The notes below the pieces were generated by a model that was given only the letters and a program-made list of their open reading frames with translations, had not been told where the DNA came from and did not search any database. A stretch of 64,000 bases of DNA, from IMG/VR virus record IMGVR_UViG_3300008954_002609, positions 32,001-96,000 of that record, one strand, 5' to 3'. The translations under genes were made by a program, and so were the position numbers. Positions 41,433-51,272 of the stretch are shown one piece after another; positions within the stretch are counted from its first letter, which is position 1; every line of letters begins with the position of its first letter. The stretch comes from a virus.

Positions 41433-42058
41433 TTTTCTATAATCTCCGCCAATACATAAATTCTACCTTTTATCGGATCTTTTAAAACAGAATAGTCACC
41501 AAATTCCAAGCCCGCCTGATTCAACATATCGGTAGTAAATAAATTGTCAGAATGACTCACACTATGTTGCATGTCCATTCCTTCAGGTATCGCTTCCTTA
41601 AAGTGTGGAATTAAATTAGTGCTACCCGCCGGCCAGGACTGCAATAATGTATCTGGACCCAAAGCCACTATATTTCCGGTATTAAAGTCGAACATAACCC
41701 TCTTATTGTTTTGAACAGCATATTTTAGATTCCTTATCAAGCCTGACGATGATTGCACAAGATAGGCGAGCCTTAAACCTAAAACAAGATCATATCCCTT
41801 TATAGCGTTTTCCCATTTGTCGTGGACATCCCACTTGTTATTTATGGGGGGTTCGTCCTCATTCAATATATCATAGAAGTGGTGCTCAAGACCTTCAACT
41901 TGTATTTTTAGATTAATACATGAAAACATATCAGAATATTTCCCAATCTGTTGTTGTCCAAGCCAGGCGACCTTATTTCCTGGTTTTAGATTTTCATTTA
42001 TATAGTCCCCAACCAAATGTGCATATTTGGGTATTATAAAGTGATCCGTCATTCCCAC
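41429..42058 (-). CDS. Hypothetical protein, possibly a degenerate methyltransferase fold
   Basis: KVAWLGQ...FYDI...WDV...YDLVLGLRLAYL has a Rossmann-like strand order. Confidence 0.4.
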   Translation of the reverse strand: MGMTDHFIIPKYAHLVGDYINENLKPGNKVAWLGQQQIGKYSDMFSCINLKIQVEGLEHHFYDILNEDEPPINNKWDVHDKWENAIKGYDLVLGLRLAYLVQSSSGLIRNLKYAVQNNKRVMFDFNTGNIVALGPDTLLQSWPAGSTNLIPHFKEAIPEGMDMQHSVSHSDNLFTTDMLNQAGLEFGDYSVLKDPIKGRIYVLAEIIEK

Positions 42059-42765
42059 TATAAATCCTCCATAAATACAAACTCTATATCGTCTCTGTGC
42101 TGCAACAAAAAATCTATCAGCTCTTTTGTATGATTTTCGTGTAAATAATTTCTATCCCACTCGCAAGCATGATAAACTATGCCGCAGCTCTCTTTAATTT
42201 CCAGTGGGCGGTAAGGGGGAAACACGGTTGAATAATTAGACTTATACTCCTTGTCTTTCCCCTGGTAAGATTCGAGTGCATAGTCAATATCTGACACAGC
42301 AAACAGCTTGAACCCCTCTTCATTTAAAGCGTCCCAAGCTTGCGGTCCCATTCTCCACGCTGGTGGTCTAAATATTGGTTTGAACACTTCAGACAATCCT
42401 GCCTTCTCAACCCTATCCTTCATACTCTGAGCCCTCTTGATGGCATCTTCATAGGAGATGTCCAGAAACTCGTTATTGTCGTTTTCCCACGGAATTCCGT
42501 GATAATATCCATGATAACATATTTCAAAATTAAAAGGGTTCAAGGATTTTAGAGTTTCACAGAAATCCGGGTGCTTCCAAATAACTAGCGGGTCCTTTGT
42601 TTGGACCCCTAATCTCATGGTCCTCCAATAGGCAATCGGCACAAAAAGACTAATCTTGATGTCCGGAAAGGCGGATATCAGCTCCATACACCTGTCCAAA
42701 ACCTTTACAGACGCCATCGGGTGAGGAGAGACATCATCAATACTTATATTAACCCTATACTTCAA
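42058..42765 (-). CDS. Polysaccharide deacetylase (CE4/NodB-like, DUF2334-type)
   Basis: ISIDDVSP, EICYHGYYHG, FRPPAWR and YHACEW motifs. Confidence 0.82.
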   Translation of the reverse strand: MKYRVNISIDDVSPHPMASVKVLDRCMELISAFPDIKISLFVPIAYWRTMRLGVQTKDPLVIWKHPDFCETLKSLNPFNFEICYHGYYHGIPWENDNNEFLDISYEDAIKRAQSMKDRVEKAGLSEVFKPIFRPPAWRMGPQAWDALNEEGFKLFAVSDIDYALESYQGKDKEYKSNYSTVFPPYRPLEIKESCGIVYHACEWDRNYLHENHTKELIDFLLQHRDDIEFVFMEDL

Positions 42766-43663
42766 TTTTTAATTCGTCCATAAAGTCACCTAATAACACG
42801 TCAAACACCTTACGATCTTTGTCGCGCAAATACTCCTCATTGCGATAATAGTCTACCATGTCTTTTCCAAAAAGCTTTTCAAATTTTGTAGAGATCTCTT
42901 TTACATCTGCTTTGCTTTTCCACGAATTCAGGAACGAAGAGTCTTCTTTTCTAATGTAATTGTATTCTCCAGGGCCGAGAACCTCGCCGTGGCGAGGACA
43001 ATGAAGAACACTTTCCTGCCCCCTTCTAATCTTAAGCTCCTTGACCTCCACCTTCTCCGTTCCGCAAACATTACACTTTTCCATAACAGCTAGATCTTCA
43101 TTTTTGATAGTTTTAACACCCAAACAATCATAAATTCTCTGTAACTCAAAATCGGTGCTGTTAAAAAAATGTTCAAAACTCACTATATTATCTCTTTTGC
43201 TGTCAAAATTCTGAGCCAATTCATACAACGATGACATGAAGGTCACCTTAAACCACTCAAAAACCTGATCTTTCGAAATGTTTCTTCCATATCTGCTGTC
43301 TCCGTATTCTTTCCATTTCCTGATCCAAGTGTAATAGAAAGAAACAGGATTTCGAAAAATGTAAAGCACGGGAATTTCCGGATGGAATGCTCTGTGATAG
43401 TTTACCCTCTTGAGTGGCGGTTTGTTTAAAATGACCCATTCACTATTCTTTACATCCTTTTTCGGATGCAATTGCTCAGGGTTCAGATTTGGCAATACCT
43501 TCTTAGATAGGAAATTCTTTAATTCTCTTTTTGAGGTGCCGCCTTGGCTTCGAAATGCGCTCTCCTTGAGTGTCACTATATTTTCGTGCCCTTGAAGCTT
43601 ATGCAAAACATAGTGCGATCCGATTCCGCCGCTGGCAGTTATAAGGGCTGCTATTTTTGGCAA
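42755..43663 (-). CDS. Degenerate sulfotransferase-fold protein with a CxxC...CxxH insertion
   Basis: LITASGGIGSHY...LQGHENI, IFRNPVSFYYTW and VSFEHFF match the sulfotransferase topology; insert CNVCG...CPRHG. Confidence 0.6.
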   Translation of the reverse strand: MPKIAALITASGGIGSHYVLHKLQGHENIVTLKESAFRSQGGTSKRELKNFLSKKVLPNLNPEQLHPKKDVKNSEWVILNKPPLKRVNYHRAFHPEIPVLYIFRNPVSFYYTWIRKWKEYGDSRYGRNISKDQVFEWFKVTFMSSLYELAQNFDSKRDNIVSFEHFFNSTDFELQRIYDCLGVKTIKNEDLAVMEKCNVCGTEKVEVKELKIRRGQESVLHCPRHGEVLGPGEYNYIRKEDSSFLNSWKSKADVKEISTKFEKLFGKDMVDYYRNEEYLRDKDRKVFDVLLGDFMDELKIEV

Positions 43664-44574
43664 GATAAAGCCTCCTCTATTATGTTAATATATTTATTAA
43701 CCACGCCTGAATTATCCTCAGTATATTCCATAACCCTGCTCTTATATTTATCATACTCGGAAAGCACACTTCTAATAGATGACATCATCTGTTCAAAAGA
43801 AGAAAATCCTATTCCATAATCAGAGCAGTAGTTGTCTATGCTTCCACCATCTAAATGATAGACTACTGGGAGACCAGCCGCCATAGCCTCCAGTACATGA
43901 TTGGCTCCAGCCTCCTCAATCGAAGCAGTTATGTATATATCGTGTTTTGGGAGTTCTTTGGAAAGCTCATCTGCTCCAATGGGAGTTATATGATTCCTTA
44001 TTTTGGTTCCCTCTGGCATTCTTCCTATGTAGGTAAATTCAAAGTCACCGAAGGCATCTATATGCTCCTGTAATTCCTCATATATATGAAATCCCTTTTT
44101 TGGATTCATGGACCAGTGATGAGTAACTATTCTAGGGGTGCGGGATGAGTCGAATTCCGACCTCTTATGATTGTGAAAGATCGGCATTGGAGCGTTGTGC
44201 ACCACAGAATGATTGTCTCCTGTGAAGCCTATCCAGTCCCTAGCCCATTCACTAGGAAAGATAAAGTAATCCGAAAACTGCAAAGTCTGTTTCACCAGAC
44301 TCGTCAACTCCGGTTTACTGTGTGTTCCGAGATCTCCTACTCTTTGCACTATCTTTGTTTTTGGGTTACTTTGTTTGTAGTTTACAAAGTCTTGGTACCA
44401 CTCTCTAGCCTGATTGGGTCGTGGGTCTATACAGAATATAACATCTATGCCTTTTTCAAGGCGGAATACAACGTCGTGGCCGGCATCCTTCAGGGAGTCG
44501 ACTAACTTGTTTACAGTTTTTATTCCGCCGCCCCAGGGACCAAGTTTCGGCTCTCGATTGATGTAGACCTTCAT
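43651..44574 (-). CDS. Glycosyltransferase family 4
   Basis: GPWGGG, PKKGF, DIYITASIEEAGANHVLEAMAAGLPVV. Start at the ATGA overlap at 44574. Confidence 0.9.
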   Translation of the reverse strand: MKVYINREPKLGPWGGGIKTVNKLVDSLKDAGHDVVFRLEKGIDVIFCIDPRPNQAREWYQDFVNYKQSNPKTKIVQRVGDLGTHSKPELTSLVKQTLQFSDYFIFPSEWARDWIGFTGDNHSVVHNAPMPIFHNHKRSEFDSSRTPRIVTHHWSMNPKKGFHIYEELQEHIDAFGDFEFTYIGRMPEGTKIRNHITPIGADELSKELPKHDIYITASIEEAGANHVLEAMAAGLPVVYHLDGGSIDNYCSDYGIGFSSFEQMMSSIRSVLSEYDKYKSRVMEYTEDNSGVVNKYINIIEEALSCQK

Positions 44575-45497
44575 ACAGGAATGCCTATCATATTCGGAGG
44601 ATTCTTTAGTTTTATCCATGCCCCATTGTCGTCAATAGGGAGATTCCAGCCAATTGATTCCGAGATATCTTCTATCGAAACAGGAGTATCACCCCCTCCA
44701 AGACTCTCTACAACATCAGCATAATCATGTATCTTGTAGTATTTTACTCCGGACTCATCCTTTGGCGGTGCCCAGTAATCTCCATACCTCATGATGCCAC
44801 GGACGCGGGCGTTACCCCCCTTTTCGTTAAAGATGCCAACTGATACAGGTACCACAGGTGCACAATAAAAGACGGTCATACCCTTGGCTTTTAAAACTTC
44901 TTCTATCTTTTTAAGCATCTTAGTCTCTGAGTCTTCGCCTCCTTCATGAGCCGAATTGTCGGTATCCCAAGGATATATTAGATCTAGCATTTCCTTAGAA
45001 ACCATGCAGTTCATCGCGCCCATAACCGGATTGCGATTATAGTGATACAAGAATTTAAACTCGTCGTTCCCGAGAGTATTTGAGTATGTTCCTGCCTGAT
45101 TCCTCACTCTCCTCTGAGCATCAAAAGAGATACAACCAGTAGTGTCTTCATATTTTTCGAAGAAATCAACATACTCCTTTAGCCAACCACCCTTCACAAC
45201 AAATTGAACATCTGCTGGAATAAGAGATACATATTTCCCTGTTGCATTCTCGGTTGCAATATTTAGAGCCTTCGCATATTCGTTTGATGGATCTCTCTCT
45301 TGTTGCCTAAATACCTTGAATCCCCTTTCTTTCAGCTCCTCTAAGTACTCGTCTGTACCTTCCTCTGTCGAAGCGTTATCAACAACTATGATTTCTTTTT
45401 CAGAATAATCCTCGGTGCACTCTAAAAAAGACTCCAAACAACTTCTCAAATAATGAAGTCTATTACAATTTATAAATCCAAAAGTTACTTTTATCAT
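44571..45497 (-). CDS. Glycosyltransferase family 2
   Basis: NCNRLHYLRSCLES, IIVVDNAST, AKALN, HEGGED. Confidence 0.85.
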   Translation of the reverse strand: MIKVTFGFINCNRLHYLRSCLESFLECTEDYSEKEIIVVDNASTEEGTDEYLEELKERGFKVFRQQERDPSNEYAKALNIATENATGKYVSLIPADVQFVVKGGWLKEYVDFFEKYEDTTGCISFDAQRRVRNQAGTYSNTLGNDEFKFLYHYNRNPVMGAMNCMVSKEMLDLIYPWDTDNSAHEGGEDSETKMLKKIEEVLKAKGMTVFYCAPVVPVSVGIFNEKGGNARVRGIMRYGDYWAPPKDESGVKYYKIHDYADVVESLGGGDTPVSIEDISESIGWNLPIDDNGAWIKLKNPPNMIGIPV

Positions 45498-46273
45498 TCT
45501 TTTTCCTTTTTCTCTTTTTCTGATTCTAGTGGCTCATCTAATTTCTGTTCTTCTTTTCTTCCCTTTTCCGATCTCTCTTTTAACTGTTCTTCTGTCAAAG
45601 GGACCCCTTCTGGGTCGGTGCTAGGCACCAACTCAACCTCTGATCTCCTATATATCAGAACTGGCTCATGACCGGGGTGGACTGCGTCCGTAGCAACCCA
45701 CTCTGGGTTTGCTTCCAGGAATTCATCAATGGCGGGCTTAACTCCCTTCTTTTCTGGATGCTCCGTGCCCTCCCTCTTTGTTGCCAGCTCATTATCTTCA
45801 TAACCTGGTAATTCCGAGAAGTACTCGTCTTTATTCGCCCACCTGTCGGAATAATCATCAAATATTATGACTCCGCCAGGTTTAAGGAGCTTTGGAATAT
45901 ATTTAAATTCTTCTGTAACGGTATAATAATTGTGATCCCCGTCCACCAGAATTACGTCAAACATCCCTGGATACGAGTTTGACTCCATCCACGATGCGAA
46001 TTCCGGTAAAATATTGAGACTTGAATTTTCGTAAAAAAGAATGACTTGATTCTCCTCATCAACTTCCTTCTTCATCAATTCAAGATTCACATGCAAATTG
46101 TCCTGAAACTTTATATCCACACCTACGATCATGAAGTCTTCATGGTTGTTTATTAAATAACTTGTCAAGGGGACAAACATTTGACCCTTATCAACGCCCA
46201 CCTCCATTACGGTTGGTTGTTCCAGGGCGGCTAACTTGCTTTTTATAAAATCATAATATCCCCAATAAGCCAT
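45494..46273 (-). CDS. Class I methyltransferase (Methyltransf_24-like)
   Basis: VMEVGVDKG, DVILVDGDHNY, LLKPGGVIIFDDY, GVKPAIDEF. Strong SD AAGGAGAGG. Confidence 0.85.
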   Translation of the reverse strand: MAYWGYYDFIKSKLAALEQPTVMEVGVDKGQMFVPLTSYLINNHEDFMIVGVDIKFQDNLHVNLELMKKEVDEENQVILFYENSSLNILPEFASWMESNSYPGMFDVILVDGDHNYYTVTEEFKYIPKLLKPGGVIIFDDYSDRWANKDEYFSELPGYEDNELATKREGTEHPEKKGVKPAIDEFLEANPEWVATDAVHPGHEPVLIYRRSEVELVPSTDPEGVPLTEEQLKERSEKGRKEEQKLDEPLESEKEKKEKE

Positions 46274-46335
46274 ACTAATACCTCTCCTTTTCTAAAATTT
46301 CTTGTATATTTGCGCCCACAGCATGAACTATCTTT

Positions 46336-47298
46336 TTATCTTTCAATTAAGCTTTCTCCCACTTTCAAACTCACCCCTGGTGTGCTTGCCCACTCGTCTG
46401 CCCACATCTCGATGCCATCTAGGGAGACTCTTTCCAGCCAAACACACTTAAAGCCTGCAACTTTGACCAACACCCCTTTTCCCTTGACCACTGCACATAT
46501 CAAGCCTGGTGACCCGTGAACCTTACAAATATCTGTAGACGTTTGCCACAGGCTCAGTTTACCAAACCTTGTTTCCACAAATGCTCCTGGGTAGGGGTGA
46601 GTTAGTGCTCTGACATAGTCGTTTATTTTTGTGGCGGACCATGACAAATCTATTTTACCATCTTCTGGAGATCTTTTATAGTATCTTGTTGCCAGCGCCT
46701 TGTCTTGCGGTAGTTTAATCTCAAGTCTATTGGCTATTTTTGGGATCGCCATCCGGACCATATCTACTGCGGTTTGATCTACTTTATGATAAATCGTCCT
46801 AATATTGTCTCTTGGTTCGATAACAAAAGATCGGAACTCTAACACTGCGCCAGTATCAGTCTTCTCTTCCATAATGAATAGACTATTTCCCCAGGGTACC
46901 GGGTTACCGTCACTTTCTAATATTTTCCAGTTAAGCACAGCGGCTCCGCGGCCCACTGGAAGAGGGGATGGGTGAATACCCAAGCAATATCTTTTTGGTA
47001 TTTTCAATATATTGGATTTAAATATTTGAGACCAGCCGCACTGTATTATTACATCCGGATTCTGTTGTCTTATCCACTCTTCTGTCTCTTTATTGTTTAT
47101 ATCTTTTGTGAAAAATGGATCACATATATCTCCCAGACTATCATAGTTTGATTTTGACAACCCCAAGTCAGGATGAAGGTTGACTGCTCCGACAAAATTT
47201 GATTCTTCTTTTGCGCATTGAATAACTTTTCTTGCGAGTGGGGTGCACCCAATGATTAGGGTTCTTAGGTCTGGGATGTTAGGATTTTTGTTGCCCAT
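46336..47298 (-). CDS. Formyltransferase (Fmt/ArnA-like, with C-terminal domain)
   Basis: GIHPSPLPVGRGAA, TDTG, DGKIDL, VRALTHPYPGAF. Confidence 0.88.
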   Translation of the reverse strand: MGNKNPNIPDLRTLIIGCTPLARKVIQCAKEESNFVGAVNLHPDLGLSKSNYDSLGDICDPFFTKDINNKETEEWIRQQNPDVIIQCGWSQIFKSNILKIPKRYCLGIHPSPLPVGRGAAVLNWKILESDGNPVPWGNSLFIMEEKTDTGAVLEFRSFVIEPRDNIRTIYHKVDQTAVDMVRMAIPKIANRLEIKLPQDKALATRYYKRSPEDGKIDLSWSATKINDYVRALTHPYPGAFVETRFGKLSLWQTSTDICKVHGSPGLICAVVKGKGVLVKVAGFKCVWLERVSLDGIEMWADEWASTPGVSLKVGESLIER

Positions 47299-47822
47299 CG
47301 ATTTGCTATCTCCTTATGACCAGCGTTCGTAAAATGAACGCCATCGATATAATGCTCTTCGACTCCGGACATATCACACATGTCCAGCCCGAGGTCAGCA
47401 GATAGCCTCACTATAACATCATTGTATGAATTAATCAAGTGAGAATTTTTATAATATAAGGGAGTCATGCCCAACTTCGGAAGAGTCGAGATAATGATGT
47501 GCATACCGTGAATCTTGCATATGTCAATTATTTGACGCAAATTGTCTTCATAGATCTCTGGTGGGATTGCCTTTTGTGTATCATTTGTGCCAATCATAAT
47601 AAAAGCAATGTTGGCAACCTTGTGGGCAGAAGCCGCTCTCCAAGTTCTTTTGAGAAGATCAACACTTGTTTCTCCACTTATTCCGTAATTGTGACAAATG
47701 TAGACTTCTCCAGTCTTCTCCTTCATTATCTTTGATAATTCAATAGTGGGAGATCTAGCATATTCGTCTCTTGCTCCGTATGTGATGGAGTCTCCCAAGC
47801 AAACTATTTCATTCCAAATCAT
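47265..47822 (-). CDS. SGNH/GDSL esterase or O-acyltransferase
   Basis: GDSITYG, GISGET, GTND and DGVH blocks. SD AGGAGG. Confidence 0.92.
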   Translation of the reverse strand: MIWNEIVCLGDSITYGARDEYARSPTIELSKIMKEKTGEVYICHNYGISGETSVDLLKRTWRAASAHKVANIAFIMIGTNDTQKAIPPEIYEDNLRQIIDICKIHGMHIIISTLPKLGMTPLYYKNSHLINSYNDVIVRLSADLGLDMCDMSGVEEHYIDGVHFTNAGHKEIANRWATKILTSQT

Positions 47823-47841
47823 TCAAAAAACCTCCTATAAC

Positions 47842-48702
47842 CTATTTCAAACTACTGATATATTCTAAAAGCGGAGCAGCCGCTTCTTCTGGGTGTTGCC
47901 AATCCCAAGAAAACTTAAATTGCTCATGTGTCTTCCTTATTAAATCTTCGAATTCTTCTTCCTTGTCTTCAAACTCTTCAACGTAAGCCAGCTTAGTCAG
48001 CGGGGTCCACTCCACCAATAATGCATCTATCTTCTTGTAAAACCCCGTCTCAAATAGCTTCGAAATAATATCATATTCGGTGCCCTCTATGTCTAGCTTT
48101 AAAATCACAAATTCTTTTTTAAGGTCTAGGCTTTCCTTCATCCAGGAAACTAAATCAACCGATTCAACGTCAACCGAATCGTACAAGAGATGTTCATTTT
48201 TAAAAAATCCGGTGCGTATGAGTTTTCTAAATATCTCTCCGTTGATTGGAGTGAATGCAGAAAGCCTCTCATCTTCCTTTTCGAGTTCTTCTTGTTCCTC
48301 CAGATTCTCATTCATTCTATATTTTAAATCTACATACATCTTCTTTCCTGGATTGTTGGGGTCGGGTAGACATACTGCGATTTGGCCAAAGAACCCTATT
48401 TGCTTTATAATCGATTCTTTAAATCTATGAAGAGAGGACCCAGTTCTTGACCCCCAGTTTTGCAGATAAAACTTCTTTTTAGATTTTTCTATATCAACTG
48501 CGTTGTTGTGAACCGTTAGCGTTCCTTTTTCAATTAATTCAGAATTTGCTTCTTCTATGGCTTTTGAAAGTTTCGGATTTGCCTCAAAACAGTCAATCTT
48601 CAATTCACATCCTGGTATAGGAGAGAGGTACCTCCAAGCCCATTGGGCTGACTGTCCAATATTTGCGCCGCAGTCAATAAATCTAATTATTTTCTTTTTC
48701 AT
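47842..48702 (-). CDS. FkbM-family methyltransferase with an insertion of about 80 aa
   Basis: FIDCGANIGQS, FEANP, GSSL, LKLDIEGTEY, VEW. Start at the ATGA overlap at 48702. Confidence 0.85.
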   Translation of the reverse strand: MKKKIIRFIDCGANIGQSAQWAWRYLSPIPGCELKIDCFEANPKLSKAIEEANSELIEKGTLTVHNNAVDIEKSKKKFYLQNWGSRTGSSLHRFKESIIKQIGFFGQIAVCLPDPNNPGKKMYVDLKYRMNENLEEQEELEKEDERLSAFTPINGEIFRKLIRTGFFKNEHLLYDSVDVESVDLVSWMKESLDLKKEFVILKLDIEGTEYDIISKLFETGFYKKIDALLVEWTPLTKLAYVEEFEDKEEEFEDLIRKTHEQFKFSWDWQHPEEAAAPLLEYISSLK

Positions 48703-49646
48703 AATCTGTAATGTTCTTTCATCCACTGGACCGTTTCCCACACACCCTCTTCCAAGGTGACAGTGTTCTTGTGGTCCAGATCCATCACAGATTTTGATGC
48801 ATCTACATGCTTATGTTTTGTTGTTAATATTTCCGAATGTTCTCGGTAATCAACTAGCGAGGGGTCTGCTTTTGTGTACTTTACTAACGTCTCAGCCAAA
48901 AGCTCAATAGTGTGCTCTTGATCTGAAGCTATATTATATGTTTTTCCGTCAATGAAGTTGTCTGCAATATTAGCCAATGTTCTTACACTGTCATAGATAT
49001 ATGTGCTAGTCCTAGTATGCCCTTTAAAGACGGTTATGGGCTTTCCGTGCAGAAGATTGTAGGTGAACAAGCAGTTTACACTTCGAAAGGGGTGAAACCA
49101 TTCGCCGGGACCATATGTGTTGAAGAACCTTACCAACACAGTTTCTGTCCCAAAGTGCTCCCTGGAATTGTGAACCTGCATCTCGTTAACCCTCTTACTC
49201 ATCGCATAATCATTCATTTGAATAATAGGGGTCTGACTTAAGACGTCTTCGTACATAACACCCTCATAATCACCGTAAACCTCTGATGAAGAACAATGGA
49301 CAAGCTTAAATTTATGTTTTTCCTGAAGCCTAATAATGTGCTTCATTCCTATAACGTTTGATTTCCAAACCTTTTCATAGAAGTTTTCGCCATTCCAGCG
49401 ACCGAATTCCGCTGCACAGTTGTAGACCAGGTCTGGTTTAACGTACTCTATGATCTGTTCTATTTGCCTAAACTCTCCAATATCACATCGAAAGTAGTTG
49501 TCGTCAGCAACTTTACCTAGACCGTGACCATAATTCCTATTAGTATGATAGAGGTCAACACCAAAAACTTCATGTCCTCTAATTTTTAATATCTCTTCGA
49601 GCTTGCTGCCGATTACTCCCAAGACACCTGTAACTAAAATCTTCAC
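48699..49646 (-). CDS. NAD-dependent epimerase/dehydratase
   Basis: VTGVLGVIG, SSSEVYG, YAMSK, RFFNTYGPGE. Confidence 0.92.
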   Translation of the reverse strand: MKILVTGVLGVIGSKLEEILKIRGHEVFGVDLYHTNRNYGHGLGKVADDNYFRCDIGEFRQIEQIIEYVKPDLVYNCAAEFGRWNGENFYEKVWKSNVIGMKHIIRLQEKHKFKLVHCSSSEVYGDYEGVMYEDVLSQTPIIQMNDYAMSKRVNEMQVHNSREHFGTETVLVRFFNTYGPGEWFHPFRSVNCLFTYNLLHGKPITVFKGHTRTSTYIYDSVRTLANIADNFIDGKTYNIASDQEHTIELLAETLVKYTKADPSLVDYREHSEILTTKHKHVDASKSVMDLDHKNTVTLEEGVWETVQWMKEHYRL

Positions 49647-51272
49647 TTATTTTCTCCTCTTGACCAAGAGACCTTGCTCATAAAAATATAAATAATCTAT
49701 TTCTGTGCCCAAGTAGCAGTTTATAGCGTGCTCTGGGGTTTCGCAAATAGGCTCCCTGTCATTAAAACTTGTATTAAGTAGGATTGGAACCCCACTCTTA
49801 TCATACCATTTTTTGATAAAATTGTAATACCATTTATTATCATTTTCTGTAACGGTCTGAAGTCTTGCTGATCCGTCGAAATGAACTACAGCTGGGACCT
49901 TGTCCCTCTTTTCTTTTTTAAATTTTAATACGAAACTCATGTATGGGCTGTCTTTCTCCTTTTCAAACCAGTTAACGGCTTCCTCTCTTAGGATAGATGG
50001 TGCAAAAGGGCGGAACCATTGCCTATGCTTGACCTTATCATTGATAATTCCCTTCATGTCTTCGCTTCTAGGGTCTGCGAGAATACTTCTGTTTCCCAGA
50101 GCACGTCGGCCGGATTCGGAGCCTCCCCCAAAGACGGCTACTATTTTTTGATCATCGAGAAGATCCACTACGTCCTCATCAGTAACTTTGCTGTACTCTA
50201 TCTCCTTATTTCTATCCTCTAGTGTCTTCTCGACTAGGTCAGAGTGGTCACAGCCAAGATATGGGGTGTAATTGTCTTCCCATATTATTCTCGGATTATC
50301 AAGTATCTGGTGCCATAAAAACTGTGCAGAACCCAAGGTAAGACCACCATCATGAGGGGTCGGTGTTACATAAACGTTTTTATCAGGGAACCAATCCAAA
50401 ATCTTCCCCATTGCTACAGAGTTCAAAGAGACGCCGCCAGCAAAGCAGATATTCTTATGTTGGGGGTGCTTCTCCAAGAACATAGTTAACAACTCCCTAA
50501 GATATGTTTCAGTTGCCATTTGTAGACCTGCTGCTAGGTCGAATTGTTCCTGCTCTCCCTTTTTCGCTATATCCGCCCATCGCCATAAGTATGGGTGCCT
50601 AGGGTCGGTTCCGACATTAGCACCGCGTGGCTGACCTGGTGGCTTGAATGAAACCGCAGCTGAGTCCTTCCTGAACATCTTCAAAAAATCTGAAAAATAT
50701 TTCTTTCCATCTCCCATGCAAGCCATAGCCATAACAGACCCAGCCTGGTGACCTCTTGGCCACCCAGACTGCAATCCAAAGACGTACCTTGTTACTCTAG
50801 TCCATACACCTCCGATGTTTACGTCAGTAATTGGAAAAGCATGTACTGGTGATATTTTATTATCTTTTCCCTCCCAGACTGTGAACGCTGTTATGTTACC
50901 GCCCTCTGACTCAAAGCCTCCTCCGTCCATTGTAAAAATTAATGCGTCTTCATGATTGCTGGAAAAGAATGCATTCGCGGCATGTGCCTGGTGGTGACCA
51001 ATCGCATACATCTGTCCCCCATTTCTCTCAATGATATCCCTTAATTTATTAAGTGAGTCGGGATGATCACTTAACTTAGAAAAAGAATAATTGGTCGCAA
51101 AGTATTTAATATCTTGATGAGCAAGATATTCATCGAACATAAATTGAACTCCATCTCCTGCTGGCTCCTTTTCTCTTATATATCTCTCGTATTCTGCATG
51201 TACTATCGGTATTCCGTTGTCCAATATACAAAATGAACAATCATGACCTGACCATGCGCTAGCTACTTTCAT
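49647..51272 (-). CDS. Carbamoyltransferase (NodU/CmcH/TobZ family)
   Basis: GHD, ERYIREK, HHQAHAANAF, DGGG, AGGVSLN, DGG, RALGNRSILADP, KHRQWFRPFAP, HFDGSARLQTV, LLNTSFN. Confidence 0.95.
   Translation of the reverse strand: MKVASAWSGHDCSFCILDNGIPIVHAEYERYIREKEPAGDGVQFMFDEYLAHQDIKYFATNYSFSKLSDHPDSLNKLRDIIERNGGQMYAIGHHQAHAANAFFSSNHEDALIFTMDGGGFESEGGNITAFTVWEGKDNKISPVHAFPITDVNIGGVWTRVTRYVFGLQSGWPRGHQAGSVMAMACMGDGKKYFSDFLKMFRKDSAAVSFKPPGQPRGANVGTDPRHPYLWRWADIAKKGEQEQFDLAAGLQMATETYLRELLTMFLEKHPQHKNICFAGGVSLNSVAMGKILDWFPDKNVYVTPTPHDGGLTLGSAQFLWHQILDNPRIIWEDNYTPYLGCDHSDLVEKTLEDRNKEIEYSKVTDEDVVDLLDDQKIVAVFGGGSESGRRALGNRSILADPRSEDMKGIINDKVKHRQWFRPFAPSILREEAVNWFEKEKDSPYMSFVLKFKKEKRDKVPAVVHFDGSARLQTVTENDNKWYYNFIKKWYDKSGVPILLNTSFNDREPICETPEHAINCYLGTEIDYLYFYEQGLLVKRRK

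Noticed and set aside
46274-46335. Largest internal gap (62 nt) as a tRNA, ncRNA or terminator
   Set aside because: Too short for a tRNA and no convincing hairpin with a U-tract; only a strong SD is evident.
46336-47298. True methionyl-tRNA formyltransferase
   Set aside because: Its context among sugar-modifying genes and ArnA-like motifs (RALTHPYPGAF) point to a sugar formyltransferase.
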